The notes: generated from the letters alone by a model not told the origin. A stretch of DNA of 64,000 nucleotides from a virus (IMGVR_UViG_3300033156_000775:43030-107029), one strand, 5' to 3'. Positions 20,156-28,743 are shown, counted from the stretch's first letter. Translations and numbers: made by a program.

Positions 20156-20450
20156 GGTTCAGAGAAAGAGAACTAAAGGTTTCAGACTTCAAGATGCTAG
20201 TCCTAACGGGCTTCCTGTAGTCTATGTTGGACGTCCATCTAAATGGGCAAACCCATTTAGAATAGGTATTGACGGAGACAGGGAAGCTGTAGTTAGGAAA
20301 TTTAGAGAATATGCTATGAAAAAGTTGAAAGAAGATCCTAACTGGCTAGAACCTTTAAGAGGTAAGGATCTGGCATGCTGGTGTCCTCTAGATAAGCCTT
20401 GTCATGCTGATGTCTTGATAGAGCTTCTAAGAAAGGAGGCTGGTAAATGA
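20130..20450 (+). CDS. DUF4326 family protein
   Basis: VYVGRPSKWANPF...LRGKDLACWC...PCHADVL. Confidence 0.9.
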   Translation: MKSSITPVRVQRKRTKGFRLQDASPNGLPVVYVGRPSKWANPFRIGIDGDREAVVRKFREYAMKKLKEDPNWLEPLRGKDLACWCPLDKPCHADVLIELLRKEAGK

Positions 20451-20604
20451 TAAGGATTGACAACATACATGCATGTAAAATTAAGCTAACAGAGGATGGT
20501 TGGAAATTCTATTTCTTCAGTAGAGAATGTGACTTTGAGGTAACTGTCCTTAGGGACCATAGCCTACGAATTAGACAGGAAAAGCCATTAGTATCAGAGG
20601 ACAA

Positions 20605-21360
20605 ATGACAATGGATCTACTTATAGAGCCCGATCTAAAAGAGTTTATCAGTCGTTTACCAGATATTAGTCTTGACCCTCCAAGCGTCCATCTAGTTATG
20701 CTAGCTATAAGAAGTAGGAAGGCTAAGCAGATCCTAGGGATAAAGATCAAGGACTTGGTTGTAGAGAGAAGGATTATTAGGCCTTCTAAATGGAGAGAGA
20801 AATACTTCAAGACTGTGTATAACCTAGCTCTCCTACAGCATCATGGACTCTACTACTATAAGGGGTTAGAGATACCTCTACAAGCTAAAGCCATCTACGC
20901 TACGTTGACTCCAAGAAATGTATATCATGCCATAGCTGACCTGATGAAGGAGAACATATCCTATCTATTTCAGGGAGATGACTCAGCTAGGTATCAGCTT
21001 ACAAAGCAGGATATCCGTTTCTTTGGATGCTTACATAGACACAAAATGAGGACTAACAACTTTGTCACTCTAGATCTTGATAACAATGATGAAAAGATCC
21101 TGAAAGAGATCCTAGACTATGTTTCAGTCCTACCTCTATTCTTGGTCACTGAAACGTCCAGAGGCTATCATATAGTGTTGGATTTATCCAAGTCTGATGA
21201 TGCTAGAGCCTTCTATGGACAGGAAAAGATAATGCAGAAGCTAGGACTGAAATTTGCAGATAAGGGATTAGAGTTTCAAAGAGATAGTCAGGAGCCTGTT
21301 CCAGGGACTTTATATTTCAAGGAGAATGGGTCTCCTCATTATGTTAAGATTTTATATTAG
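20605..21360 (+). CDS. AEP-superfamily primase/polymerase-like protein
   Basis: TLDLD (DxD) and ETSRGYH motifs. Confidence 0.6.
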   Translation: MTMDLLIEPDLKEFISRLPDISLDPPSVHLVMLAIRSRKAKQILGIKIKDLVVERRIIRPSKWREKYFKTVYNLALLQHHGLYYYKGLEIPLQAKAIYATLTPRNVYHAIADLMKENISYLFQGDDSARYQLTKQDIRFFGCLHRHKMRTNNFVTLDLDNNDEKILKEILDYVSVLPLFLVTETSRGYHIVLDLSKSDDARAFYGQEKIMQKLGLKFADKGLEFQRDSQEPVPGTLYFKENGSPHYVKILY

Positions 21361-21403
21361 CATTTTAGGGTGATGAAGCTTAAATAAAGAGGAAATAGAA
21401 AGG

Positions 21404-21604
21404 ATGCTAGGTATTCCAGAAGCCCAAGCAGAGGTGCTATTCGATATAATACAGCTTTGCAACAAGCATGGAATTGACATTGTTGATCTTGAGGGTTATC
21501 TACAAGATCTCATATGGATTGAGGATCTTACAAGAGCTTCAGGGAAAGGTGTAGTCCGGACTACACTTAGAGAAGCTCTGGAAAGACTAGGCACTACAGA
21601 TTGA
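21404..21604 (+). CDS. Small hypothetical protein (contains palindrome)
   Basis: ORF. Confidence 0.45.
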   Translation: MLGIPEAQAEVLFDIIQLCNKHGIDIVDLEGYLQDLIWIEDLTRASGKGVVRTTLREALERLGTTD

Positions 21605-21909
21605 AAGAGAGAAGCTTATGGACTAATGGACTAATATTTACAAATTTATTTCTGTTTAGGAAACAAATAATGTAGTCCGGACTACATCTTAACTTAATCA
21701 TTGGAAATTTATCTGGTACTTTAGGTGAAGGAAATGAATGAGATATTGTTTAAACTAGGACATAGGATAGATGAGCTTGAAGAGAAACTGAACCTAGTCA
21801 TTGCAGCTAATCAATATCCACATCTAAGAAACCAGATCCTAAGGAGAATCTTGAGTAATAGTGCCCGTTCTTAGTACTCCTACCACTACAAATTATCTCT
21901 ATTTCCACA

Positions 21910-21921
21910 ATATTTATATTT
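21910..21921 (+). promoter_or_regulatory. Putative TATA box for the ncRNA array
   Basis: ATATTTATATTT about 50 nt upstream of first RNA unit. Confidence 0.35.
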
Positions 21922-21969
21922 GAAAGGGCTATCTTGAGTCCTTCACTGGTAAACGAATAATGAAACGTG

Positions 21970-22028
21970 ATGTGACAATGATGGAGCTTACAAACACGGA
22001 GTCTGTTGAGCTCCATTAGCTCTCACAT
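21970..22028 (+). ncRNA. Y-RNA-like unit 1 (minimal)
   Basis: ATGTGA/TCACAT outer stem, TGATGGAGCTT/GAGCTCCATTA inner stem, conserved TACA. Confidence 0.7.
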
Positions 22029-22038
22029 AAGTTGATTG

Positions 22039-22170
22039 GTGTGACTTGGACAGGAGCTTACAGGTCTAAAGCGTCACCCTGCTAAGGTGAAGATCTAGGT
22101 TCAAGTCCTAGCATGTCCACCATACTGGGCATGTGGCTGAAGTGGTTTAGAGCTCCTGTCACCTTCACAC
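22039..22170 (+). ncRNA. Y-RNA-like unit 2 with circularly permuted tRNA (anticodon GCT, internal ACCA)
   Basis: GACAGGAGCT/AGCTCCTGTC; anticodon arm TCACC-CTGCTAA-GGTGA; T arm CTAGG-TTCAAGT-CCTAG; acceptor CATGTCC-ACCA-tact-GGGCATG; D elements GCTGAAGTGG. Confidence 0.85.
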
Positions 22171-22180
22171 AGATTAAGTG

Positions 22181-22272
22181 ATGTGCCTAGCTAGGAGCTT
22201 ACAAACTGTGGCTATGGATACACGGTTAAGCTGGTAGGTCCAGCTGGTTAGAAGCTCCTAGCACTTGCACAT
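22181..22272 (+). ncRNA. Y-RNA-like unit 3
   Basis: ATGTGC/GCACAT; GCTAGGAGCTT/AAGCTCCTAGC; internal hairpins. Confidence 0.72.
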
Positions 22273-22279
22273 ATCTAAG

Positions 22280-22363
22280 ATGTCCCATAGACAGGAGCTT
22301 ACAAACTGCCCCAACCAAACTAAAGCTGGCAACTCTAGAAGAAAGCTCCTGTCACCTGGACAT
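22280..22363 (+). ncRNA. Y-RNA-like unit 4
   Basis: ATGTCC/GGACAT; GACAGGAGCTT/AAGCTCCTGTC. Confidence 0.72.
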
Positions 22364-22392
22364 ATCCTGTAAACACACTGGAGGATGATGAA

Positions 22393-22590
22393 ATGTCTAT
22401 ACTTAGGGTGGTAGTTGGACAGGACATTCAGGAGCTAGAAGTATCTGAGAACATGGCTAGACTGTCAGATGAGGAGATACTTAGCTTTGTAAGGGAAGCT
22501 ACAAATAGACCTGTAGATCCAGAGGACTTTGTAGTGGATAGGACAGAAAACAACAACATAGTGGTTAGGCCTAGAGCTGTCTATGGATAG
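22393..22590 (+). CDS. Ubiquitin-like small protein ending RPRAVYG
   Basis: GGAGG SD; beta-beta-alpha-beta-beta pattern; C-terminal Gly. Confidence 0.65.
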   Translation: MSILRVVVGQDIQELEVSENMARLSDEEILSFVREATNRPVDPEDFVVDRTENNNIVVRPRAVYG

Positions 22591-22733
22591 TGACAATATT
22601 GGATGAGATATTATCCATTCCAGATCCTAGTGGCCCTAGAAATTTCATTAAGAGGAATCTCAGGGTAGGAAAGGCTATAGATCAATACGGACATATCTAT
22701 CCTACTTATATATCTAAAGCTATCTATGGATAA
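22590..22733 (+). CDS. 47-aa micro-ORF ending KAIYG (same tail as upstream Ubl)
   Basis: GTG overlapping upstream stop; MTILDEILSIP...YISKAIYG. Confidence 0.5.
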   Translation: MTILDEILSIPDPSGPRNFIKRNLRVGKAIDQYGHIYPTYISKAIYG

Positions 22734-22743
22734 GGGCTGAACA

Positions 22744-22896
22744 TTGACTGATAATTCTAAACACATATTAACACCGAAGAAACTATTAGAGAAGTTTCTT
22801 AAAGTGTCTCTTCCTGCCTATATAATTGGGCTAGAGATATTCCCTGAATCTGGAGCTATATGGATAATCAAAGAAGATAATATGGATGTCCATTGA
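22744..22896 (+). CDS. 50-aa micro-ORF
   Basis: TTG start; fills the gap before RNA unit 5. Confidence 0.35.
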   Translation: MTDNSKHILTPKKLLEKFLKVSLPAYIIGLEIFPESGAIWIIKEDNMDVH

Positions 22897-22898
22897 AG

Positions 22899-23027
22899 GT
22901 GTGCTTTATGGATAGGAGCTTACAGCACACAGGGCTACCAGATCCTGTAGTATGGGTTCAAGTCCCGTCATAAGCAGCAGCTTGGCTATGTAGTGCAACT
23001 GGACAAGAGCTCCTATCACCTGCACAC
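22899..23027 (+). ncRNA. Y-RNA-like unit 5 with permuted tRNA-like domain (8-nt anticodon loop)
   Basis: GATAGGAGCTT/GAGCTCCTATC; D stem GTGC/GCAC; CAGGG-CTACCAGA-TCCTG; ATGGG-TTCAAGT-CCCGT; D loop AACTGG. Confidence 0.82.
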
Positions 23028-23068
23028 AATAGCTTAGCGGGTCCTCACTTTCCTGTCTAAGTTACCTG

Positions 23069-23199
23069 GTGTACCATGATGAGAGCTTACAAACCCAGTG
23101 TCGGTGGGAGAGATGTGGGTTCAAGTCCCACTATCCCTACATGGGATATGGTCTAACTGGCTGAGGACGCTTAATGTATAGCTCTCATCTCCTGTACAC
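23069..23199 (+). ncRNA. Y-RNA-like unit 6, YrlA-type topology (T arm, loop-closed acceptor stem, D arm)
   Basis: GATGAGAGCT/AGCTCTCATC; GTGGG-TTCAAGT-CCCAC; TATCCC-tacat-GGGATA; GTCT-AACTGGCTGA-GGAC. Confidence 0.82.
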
Positions 23200-23416
23200 T
23201 TTAATCCTCGTAGCGAAGTTAGAACGGATATGAGTTGATCTAATTTGCCAATCGATGTAAATCCATCTGAGCGTTGTATCTTTACTGAATTACCAGTTAA
23301 ATGTAGAATTAGAGCTGAGTTTAATCCAAAACCTGAGCTCTTAGTCAAGTTCTGTAGTATTTGTCCTGTTTTGATGGTGATAAAAAATAATATGAAATGA
23401 AAAGGAGAAATAGGTT

Positions 23417-24871
23417 ATGTCAGTAGATGAAAGAATACCCATATATCAAGAGCTCTTCCAGTCTATACTAGATTGTCCACATGGAAACCTAGAGGAGACA
23501 TTCAGAGTCCATAAGGAAGTCCTAGAGAAGAACCCACTGTTCTATATGAAGATGGCTGCTTGGTACATGAAGAATGGGATGGTTAGAGACCACAAAGTTG
23601 CTTTTGTAAAGACATTGATGGAGGCTGATGATCCTACTTTGAGGGATGAGGGATGGGCTCTTATTCAGAGGCTGCCCATACACTTGTTAGCTCAGGTAGT
23701 CCGGTCTACAAAGAAGACTAAGGCACTACGGTCAGCCGTGAAGCACAAGCTAGCTGAAATGCCATATAACAGGCTAGTGTCTGAGATCCTTAGATCATCT
23801 AAAGACCTTAAGAGCATGGTTGTTGCTCTACACATACCTACAACCAAGTCTTCAAACTTGAACTTTGAGACTATAGGAACTGAATTGTTCACTAAGAATC
23901 GTCCAATAAGGAGAGTCTTTGCTCAGCTAAGGAATGAGGAAGACCCAGATAAAGTAGCTGTCTTGCTTGAGAAGCTACCTATCCCATCCTACATTGCCAT
24001 GACCTCTATCAAGGTACGTACACCTGAAATAGTGAGAGTGCTAGTCAAACGTATGACTCCTAATGAGCTTATACAGTCTCTTAACATGCTGGGTAGGTTG
24101 AGAGCTATCAAGCCTAACATGGACATTATTAGGGGGAAGCTAGATAAGCTTGTATCTGACCCTAGAGTGAACGCTATGAGAGTCCTCAACATCCTACAGC
24201 ATCTAGAGCCAGCTCTAGTTCCCTATGAAGTGTTTGAGGTACTTGAGAGAGCTGTGTCCAGAAAAGCAAAGAGCATAAGCAAGATAGATGCTAGGGTCTC
24301 CCTCCACATTGACACTTCAGGTAGCATGGAGCCTGCTATTGAGATAGGGAAGATGCTGGCTACATCACTATCCATTGCATGTAAAGAGCCTCCTACGGTA
24401 TACAGTGTGTCTAGCACTCCATTCAAGGTTCAGCCTAGTAGCTACACTCCCTCAGGATGGAAGGAATCTTTCAGTCTACTGAGAGCTAATGGTGCTACCC
24501 CTCTTGGAGCAGGAATATCCCTAATGAAGCAGCATGGAGACACATGTGATGTCATCATACTGGTCACCGACACAGGGGAGAACTCATTCCCCAAGTTTGC
24601 TGATGAGTACCAGACATTAGGCAACAAGCCTAGAGTGATAATCCTCAATGTCAGCAGACACCCTGATAGAGGGTTCTTAGGGTCCCTCAGAAGAGCTAAT
24701 GTATCCTTTGAAATGCTACAGGTTAGAAGAGTAGATCAATACTCAGTGGACCAAGTGGTTACCCTTATAGGAGAAAGTAGCCCCTTCAAGACCATAATGG
24801 AGATAATGAACACTGATGTCCCATTGAGACCTACATGGACTAAGAAGCCCCAGTACTGGCTGAAGAAATAG
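23417..24871 (+). CDS. TROVE/Ro60-like helical protein with C-terminal vWA domain
   Basis: Long all-helical N-terminal region (NPLFYMKMAAWY...RDHK; MTPNELIQSLNMLGR); MIDAS DTSGSM, GATPL, ILVTD. Confidence 0.75.
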   Translation: MSVDERIPIYQELFQSILDCPHGNLEETFRVHKEVLEKNPLFYMKMAAWYMKNGMVRDHKVAFVKTLMEADDPTLRDEGWALIQRLPIHLLAQVVRSTKKTKALRSAVKHKLAEMPYNRLVSEILRSSKDLKSMVVALHIPTTKSSNLNFETIGTELFTKNRPIRRVFAQLRNEEDPDKVAVLLEKLPIPSYIAMTSIKVRTPEIVRVLVKRMTPNELIQSLNMLGRLRAIKPNMDIIRGKLDKLVSDPRVNAMRVLNILQHLEPALVPYEVFEVLERAVSRKAKSISKIDARVSLHIDTSGSMEPAIEIGKMLATSLSIACKEPPTVYSVSSTPFKVQPSSYTPSGWKESFSLLRANGATPLGAGISLMKQHGDTCDVIILVTDTGENSFPKFADEYQTLGNKPRVIILNVSRHPDRGFLGSLRRANVSFEMLQVRRVDQYSVDQVVTLIGESSPFKTIMEIMNTDVPLRPTWTKKPQYWLKK

Positions 24872-24914
24872 ACAAGTGTAGCCCGGACTACATTTTGAGG
24901 GAGGATACTTAGCG

Positions 24915-25286
24915 ATGGCTAATGATGAGCCTTTGACATTAGATCAAGTTATCTCTCTAGTCAGAGTCACAATGAAATCTATAGATCCAGTTAGGCTCTT
25001 CTATGAGCTAAAGAAGAAGAGAGTCAAGTTCTTAAGAGAAAGGTCAGTGGAAATAGCAAGAGCTGCAATATCCCTCCATATTCTTGGACTTCCAATAAAC
25101 ACCACTTTCCTCTCGTGCATACTAGATATTGATCCGCAAATAATACGTACAGTTATGCATACTCTAGGAGACAAGCATGTCTTTACCCTTAAGCGTGAAG
25201 GGTTTGGGAGTAAGGGATATGGATATGAGTGGACACCTAATCCAGCTATTCTAGGAGACTTTATAAATTGTCTAGAGGAAGAGTAG
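24915..25286 (+). CDS. Winged-helix-like protein
   Basis: HTH plus wing pattern (INTTFLSCIL...MHTLGDKHV...YEW). Confidence 0.45.
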   Translation: MANDEPLTLDQVISLVRVTMKSIDPVRLFYELKKKRVKFLRERSVEIARAAISLHILGLPINTTFLSCILDIDPQIIRTVMHTLGDKHVFTLKREGFGSKGYGYEWTPNPAILGDFINCLEEE

Positions 25287-26083
25287 GCACATTTGTGTCA
25301 GCTGTTCTACCTAAAACTAGAAAGGTAACTAGAGTGACTGATCTTGGAGTCAGAGAGTACTTGGTTACTAGGAAGGTCCCTCCTAACATCTATGTCTTCA
25401 GGTCTAGAGGGATATATGCTGAGCCACTAGCCATAGCTGCTGACATGGCTGATCGAATGGAATACTTTGAGAGCTTATGTCTACCAAGAGTCTATGTGTT
25501 CCCTGTAGTCCGGACTACACATTGGCTAGCTGTCCCACTAGCAAGGGAGCACTATAAGAAACATGTAAAGTATTCAGCCCCTTTACCTCTAATCTTTACT
25601 CCTAATAATCTAAGTCCGTTAGACCCTGTAATGGCTAGGGTCTATAAGGGCAAACGCACATACTTGATGTTTGAGGATTACCACTACAAATATGATCCAG
25701 AATTGGTTGAGAGAGCTAGGGACTATTTAATCTCACTGAGAGCTTCCTCTTATAGGAAAGACACTATGATTGATGCTCTTAAGCTGCCAGCTGAGCTTAG
25801 GGAGGCAGTTAAGATAATTGCTGACAGCATTACTCCTCCCCTAGAAAGAATGGTTAAGCATTCCCTTAGCCTTGTAAATGCTGAGTTTGTTTCTTTACAG
25901 GATATGGGAGCTGGAAGGTATAGAGTCACTTATCTTTACAAGGGAATTAAGGATTATATTGACATAGATGACTCCCTGTTCTGTCTAAATATCGGGATAT
26001 GTGTGGATGGACATGATAGGGATTTTGACTTAGCTAGTGGAATCCTAGTTAAGCATGAAAGAGATGATTACGTTTATGACTAG
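25268..26083 (+). CDS. Uncharacterised protein with C-terminal GICVDGHDRDFDL Cys motif (possible E2-like partner)
   Basis: ORF in TROVE operon; E2-like role is inference only. Confidence 0.45.
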   Translation: MSRGRVGTFVSAVLPKTRKVTRVTDLGVREYLVTRKVPPNIYVFRSRGIYAEPLAIAADMADRMEYFESLCLPRVYVFPVVRTTHWLAVPLAREHYKKHVKYSAPLPLIFTPNNLSPLDPVMARVYKGKRTYLMFEDYHYKYDPELVERARDYLISLRASSYRKDTMIDALKLPAELREAVKIIADSITPPLERMVKHSLSLVNAEFVSLQDMGAGRYRVTYLYKGIKDYIDIDDSLFCLNIGICVDGHDRDFDLASGILVKHERDDYVYD

Positions 26084-26289
26084 AATGAAAGAGTGGACTT
26101 GGGAGCTAGACCTGCAACATGAGAAAGCTGAAACAAAGCAGGAAGCTCTTAAGAACGTTAAAGCATTTTTCAAGTACCTATCAAATCTTCCAGTAGACCA
26201 GCTTGAAGAGTACATTACTATTTGGTCAGATGATGTTAGAGAGGAATAGATAATTGTTATCCCTTAAAAAAAAAAAGAGGTGAGTAAAT

Positions 26290-26532
26290 GTGTCGTTAGA
26301 TCTTAAACCTATAGATAGCCCTCCTTCCCTACGTAGAAATAAGTATAAAAATCTCTTAGAGAAATTCCTAGAAGACTCGGATGTTAAATATGCAGAAGTG
26401 GTTTTTCAGGACATTAGTCCACTTTCTGTAGTTCAAAGTCTCAACAAAGCCATTAAGTCTTCAGAGAGATACAGTAAAATCCAAGCGAGGAGAGCTGGAG
26501 GCAAGGTTTACTTAATAAAGGAGGATAGTTGA
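26290..26532 (+). CDS. Small putative DNA-binding protein
   Basis: GAGGTGA SD; RRNKY...GKVYL. Confidence 0.5.
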   Translation: MSLDLKPIDSPPSLRRNKYKNLLEKFLEDSDVKYAEVVFQDISPLSVVQSLNKAIKSSERYSKIQARRAGGKVYLIKEDS

Positions 26533-26583
26533 AAAAAAAATGGACATAGGACAAGTTGAAAATAAAAGGAGGAATGATAAGGT

Positions 26584-26865
26584 ATGGAGAAATTAGCAAA
26601 GTATACTCTGATAGCTACAGCAATAATATTTCCGTTGATGACTCTAGTTGCTTTCTACATTGACACAAGCTACTACTACGACTATATCTTCATATCCAAT
26701 AACTATCCTGAGCTACTGGACTATCACACTCGTATACTGAAATACGCTATCAATGCCATTGAACATACAAGCATTCTGTCTAGGATTTCCATCTACTTAG
26801 CCTTCCTAATCTTTGCTGGTATCCTAAGTCTACTCGCATGGTTATTTCTAAAGGATATGTTCTAA
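26584..26865 (+). CDS. Membrane protein (2 TM)
   Basis: Hydrophobic termini, GGAGG SD. Confidence 0.6.
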   Translation: MEKLAKYTLIATAIIFPLMTLVAFYIDTSYYYDYIFISNNYPELLDYHTRILKYAINAIEHTSILSRISIYLAFLIFAGILSLLAWLFLKDMF

Positions 26866-26882
26866 AATAGGGGAATTAGACT

Positions 26883-27875
26883 ATGAGTATAGACCCTGAA
26901 TTGTTGAAGCAAATAGTATCTGAAGCTGTCAAAGCAGCTCAGTCCGAAGCTAAGAAAGAACCAGAGTTAGACCAGTGGGCACTAGCTGAAGCTCCATTAG
27001 AAGAGGAGATAGACCTAAGCAAGCCTGAATATGAAGAGATGATCCTACAGCCCAGTGACATATCAGAGAAGAAGGAGCTATCAGGCTTCAAGACACATAC
27101 ATTTCTAGATCTGTTATTCATGGATGAAAAGAACAATTGTCTTAATGGAGTGCCTCATGGGGTCCAGCTTGGGATTGTAGGTACAAGTGGCTCAGGGAAA
27201 TCTATCTTAATAGAAGAGATTGCTGTCCGGGTAGCTAGTGAAGGTAAGAAAGTACTCTTGGCTTCTAGTGAAGATGTTTTTATCTCTGACACTCCTAGAT
27301 TCGATCTACAATCTAGATTAATGCAGAAAGCAAAGATACTAGACCTAGACTGGGATACTATAAAGGAGAACTTATATGTCCTAGATGCTATTAGCAATCC
27401 TAGACTTAGAGAGTGGGACTTCTTTGCTGAGATATATAGATATGCATATGAGACTAGAGAGTTTGAATTAGCCCTTATAGACTCTATAACTATGCTAGAG
27501 TCCTACAGGGGAGCTCTTAAGTATCGTTTGATGGAGCTTTCCAGATACAACCAAGTTAGAGGAATAACAGCTATCTATGTGAACCAAAGGGCTTCAGAGG
27601 ATTTTGACAAGCTATCCATTGCTGGAGGAATAGGATTAGCTCATGGTCTAGATGCTAACATAATCATTGATGTAGGCCGGACATACTTCAGTGACCAGAC
27701 AGCCTATCTAGGGAAGAGAGGCACTATAGTGAATATGTGTAGGGTTACTGATTGTAGGCTATGCTCCTTTATTCGAGAGCATATTCCCTTAACAATAACC
27801 AATCAAGGACTCTTAAAGTTGACAGATACAGGTGTAGAGATGATAAAGCAGTTCTACTCTCAAAAAGCAGAATAA
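26883..27875 (+). CDS. KaiC-like RecA-superfamily ATPase
   Basis: GVP...GTSGSGKS, LALIDSIT, AGGIGLAHGLD. Confidence 0.85.
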   Translation: MSIDPELLKQIVSEAVKAAQSEAKKEPELDQWALAEAPLEEEIDLSKPEYEEMILQPSDISEKKELSGFKTHTFLDLLFMDEKNNCLNGVPHGVQLGIVGTSGSGKSILIEEIAVRVASEGKKVLLASSEDVFISDTPRFDLQSRLMQKAKILDLDWDTIKENLYVLDAISNPRLREWDFFAEIYRYAYETREFELALIDSITMLESYRGALKYRLMELSRYNQVRGITAIYVNQRASEDFDKLSIAGGIGLAHGLDANIIIDVGRTYFSDQTAYLGKRGTIVNMCRVTDCRLCSFIREHIPLTITNQGLLKLTDTGVEMIKQFYSQKAE

Positions 27876-28131
27876 GGAAGATGAAGACAGTGAAATATGG
27901 TGATGGAAAGGGCAGAGTATTTATGTTGATGCCTGTTGGAAGGCTACGCTTTGTTCTGCCCTGGTATCTAGCTAACGACAGCACCTTCCATATTTCTGTT
28001 CCATTGGACTATAAAGACCTAGAATTCCTATCTAGAGAGCTAGGCTTGCCAATTGAGTCCTCTGTCAATGGTAGGAAACTTCTAGCTATTAAAGAGGGAG
28101 ACTTAGAAATCATTTTCATAGGTAGATAGAA

Positions 28132-28461
28132 ATGAGAAGGTCTAAAGCTAAGAAAGAAATGTCTGAGCTAATTGACTCCTTAGAAGAGGAGATAATTAAG
28201 CATAAGAAGCTAACCTGGATTAGAGTGCCATTGAAAGACAAGAAGGATACTCCTAGATTCAGACGCCTAACATTTAACGATGAGAATGGAGAGTTCAGTC
28301 CAGACAGGGTTAAGAGCTTCGTAGAGTTCCTTAGAGATATCACTAGTCAGGTAATAGATCAGGCCTACAAAGATAAGGTTGACATCAAAGATAGATCATC
28401 CTTGATTTATTTGCTAGGTCTAATTGTGGATCAGACATTTGAGGATTTAAGTTCAGATTAA
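28132..28461 (+). CDS. Hypothetical protein
   Basis: ORF. Confidence 0.5.
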   Translation: MRRSKAKKEMSELIDSLEEEIIKHKKLTWIRVPLKDKKDTPRFRRLTFNDENGEFSPDRVKSFVEFLRDITSQVIDQAYKDKVDIKDRSSLIYLLGLIVDQTFEDLSSD

Positions 28462-28476
28462 ACAGGAGGAATAACT

Positions 28477-28743
28477 ATGCTATGGATCTCAGTCCTTACT
28501 GGAATCCTAATTGGAATAGTAGTTGGATCTGTCTATTCCTTTTCTAGGAAATTATTCTTGGTAGGTGTCATAGGGGCTTCTGGTGTATTTGCCTTATTAC
28601 TCTCTGTAGCTCCCTACCCATTCCTTCTAACTCTACAGGAAGAGATAGTTTCCTGGAATAGCCTGTTGAAGTTAACAGGCTTCCTATTTGGACTGTATCC
28701 TGGTAATGATTTAGGACGGATCTTAAGAGAAGAGGTGAAATAG
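28477..28743 (+). CDS. Membrane protein (3 TM)
   Basis: GGAGG SD; hydrophobic. Confidence 0.6.
   Translation: MLWISVLTGILIGIVVGSVYSFSRKLFLVGVIGASGVFALLLSVAPYPFLLTLQEEIVSWNSLLKLTGFLFGLYPGNDLGRILREEVK

Noticed and set aside
22049-22160. Strict bulge-helix-bulge splice motif at the permuted junction
   Set aside because: I could not draw a 3-4-3 BHB, and the junction positions differ between units 2 and 5; EndA processing remains unproven
21970-22363. CRISPR array or mini-array interpretation of the GGAGCTTACA repeats
   Set aside because: Units are inverted-repeat stems with covarying sequence and variable length, not identical direct repeats with uniform spacers; no cas genes seen
22063-23170. 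Canonical tRNA genes
   Set aside because: In all three cases the 5' acceptor strand lies downstream of the T arm, so no collinear cloverleaf exists
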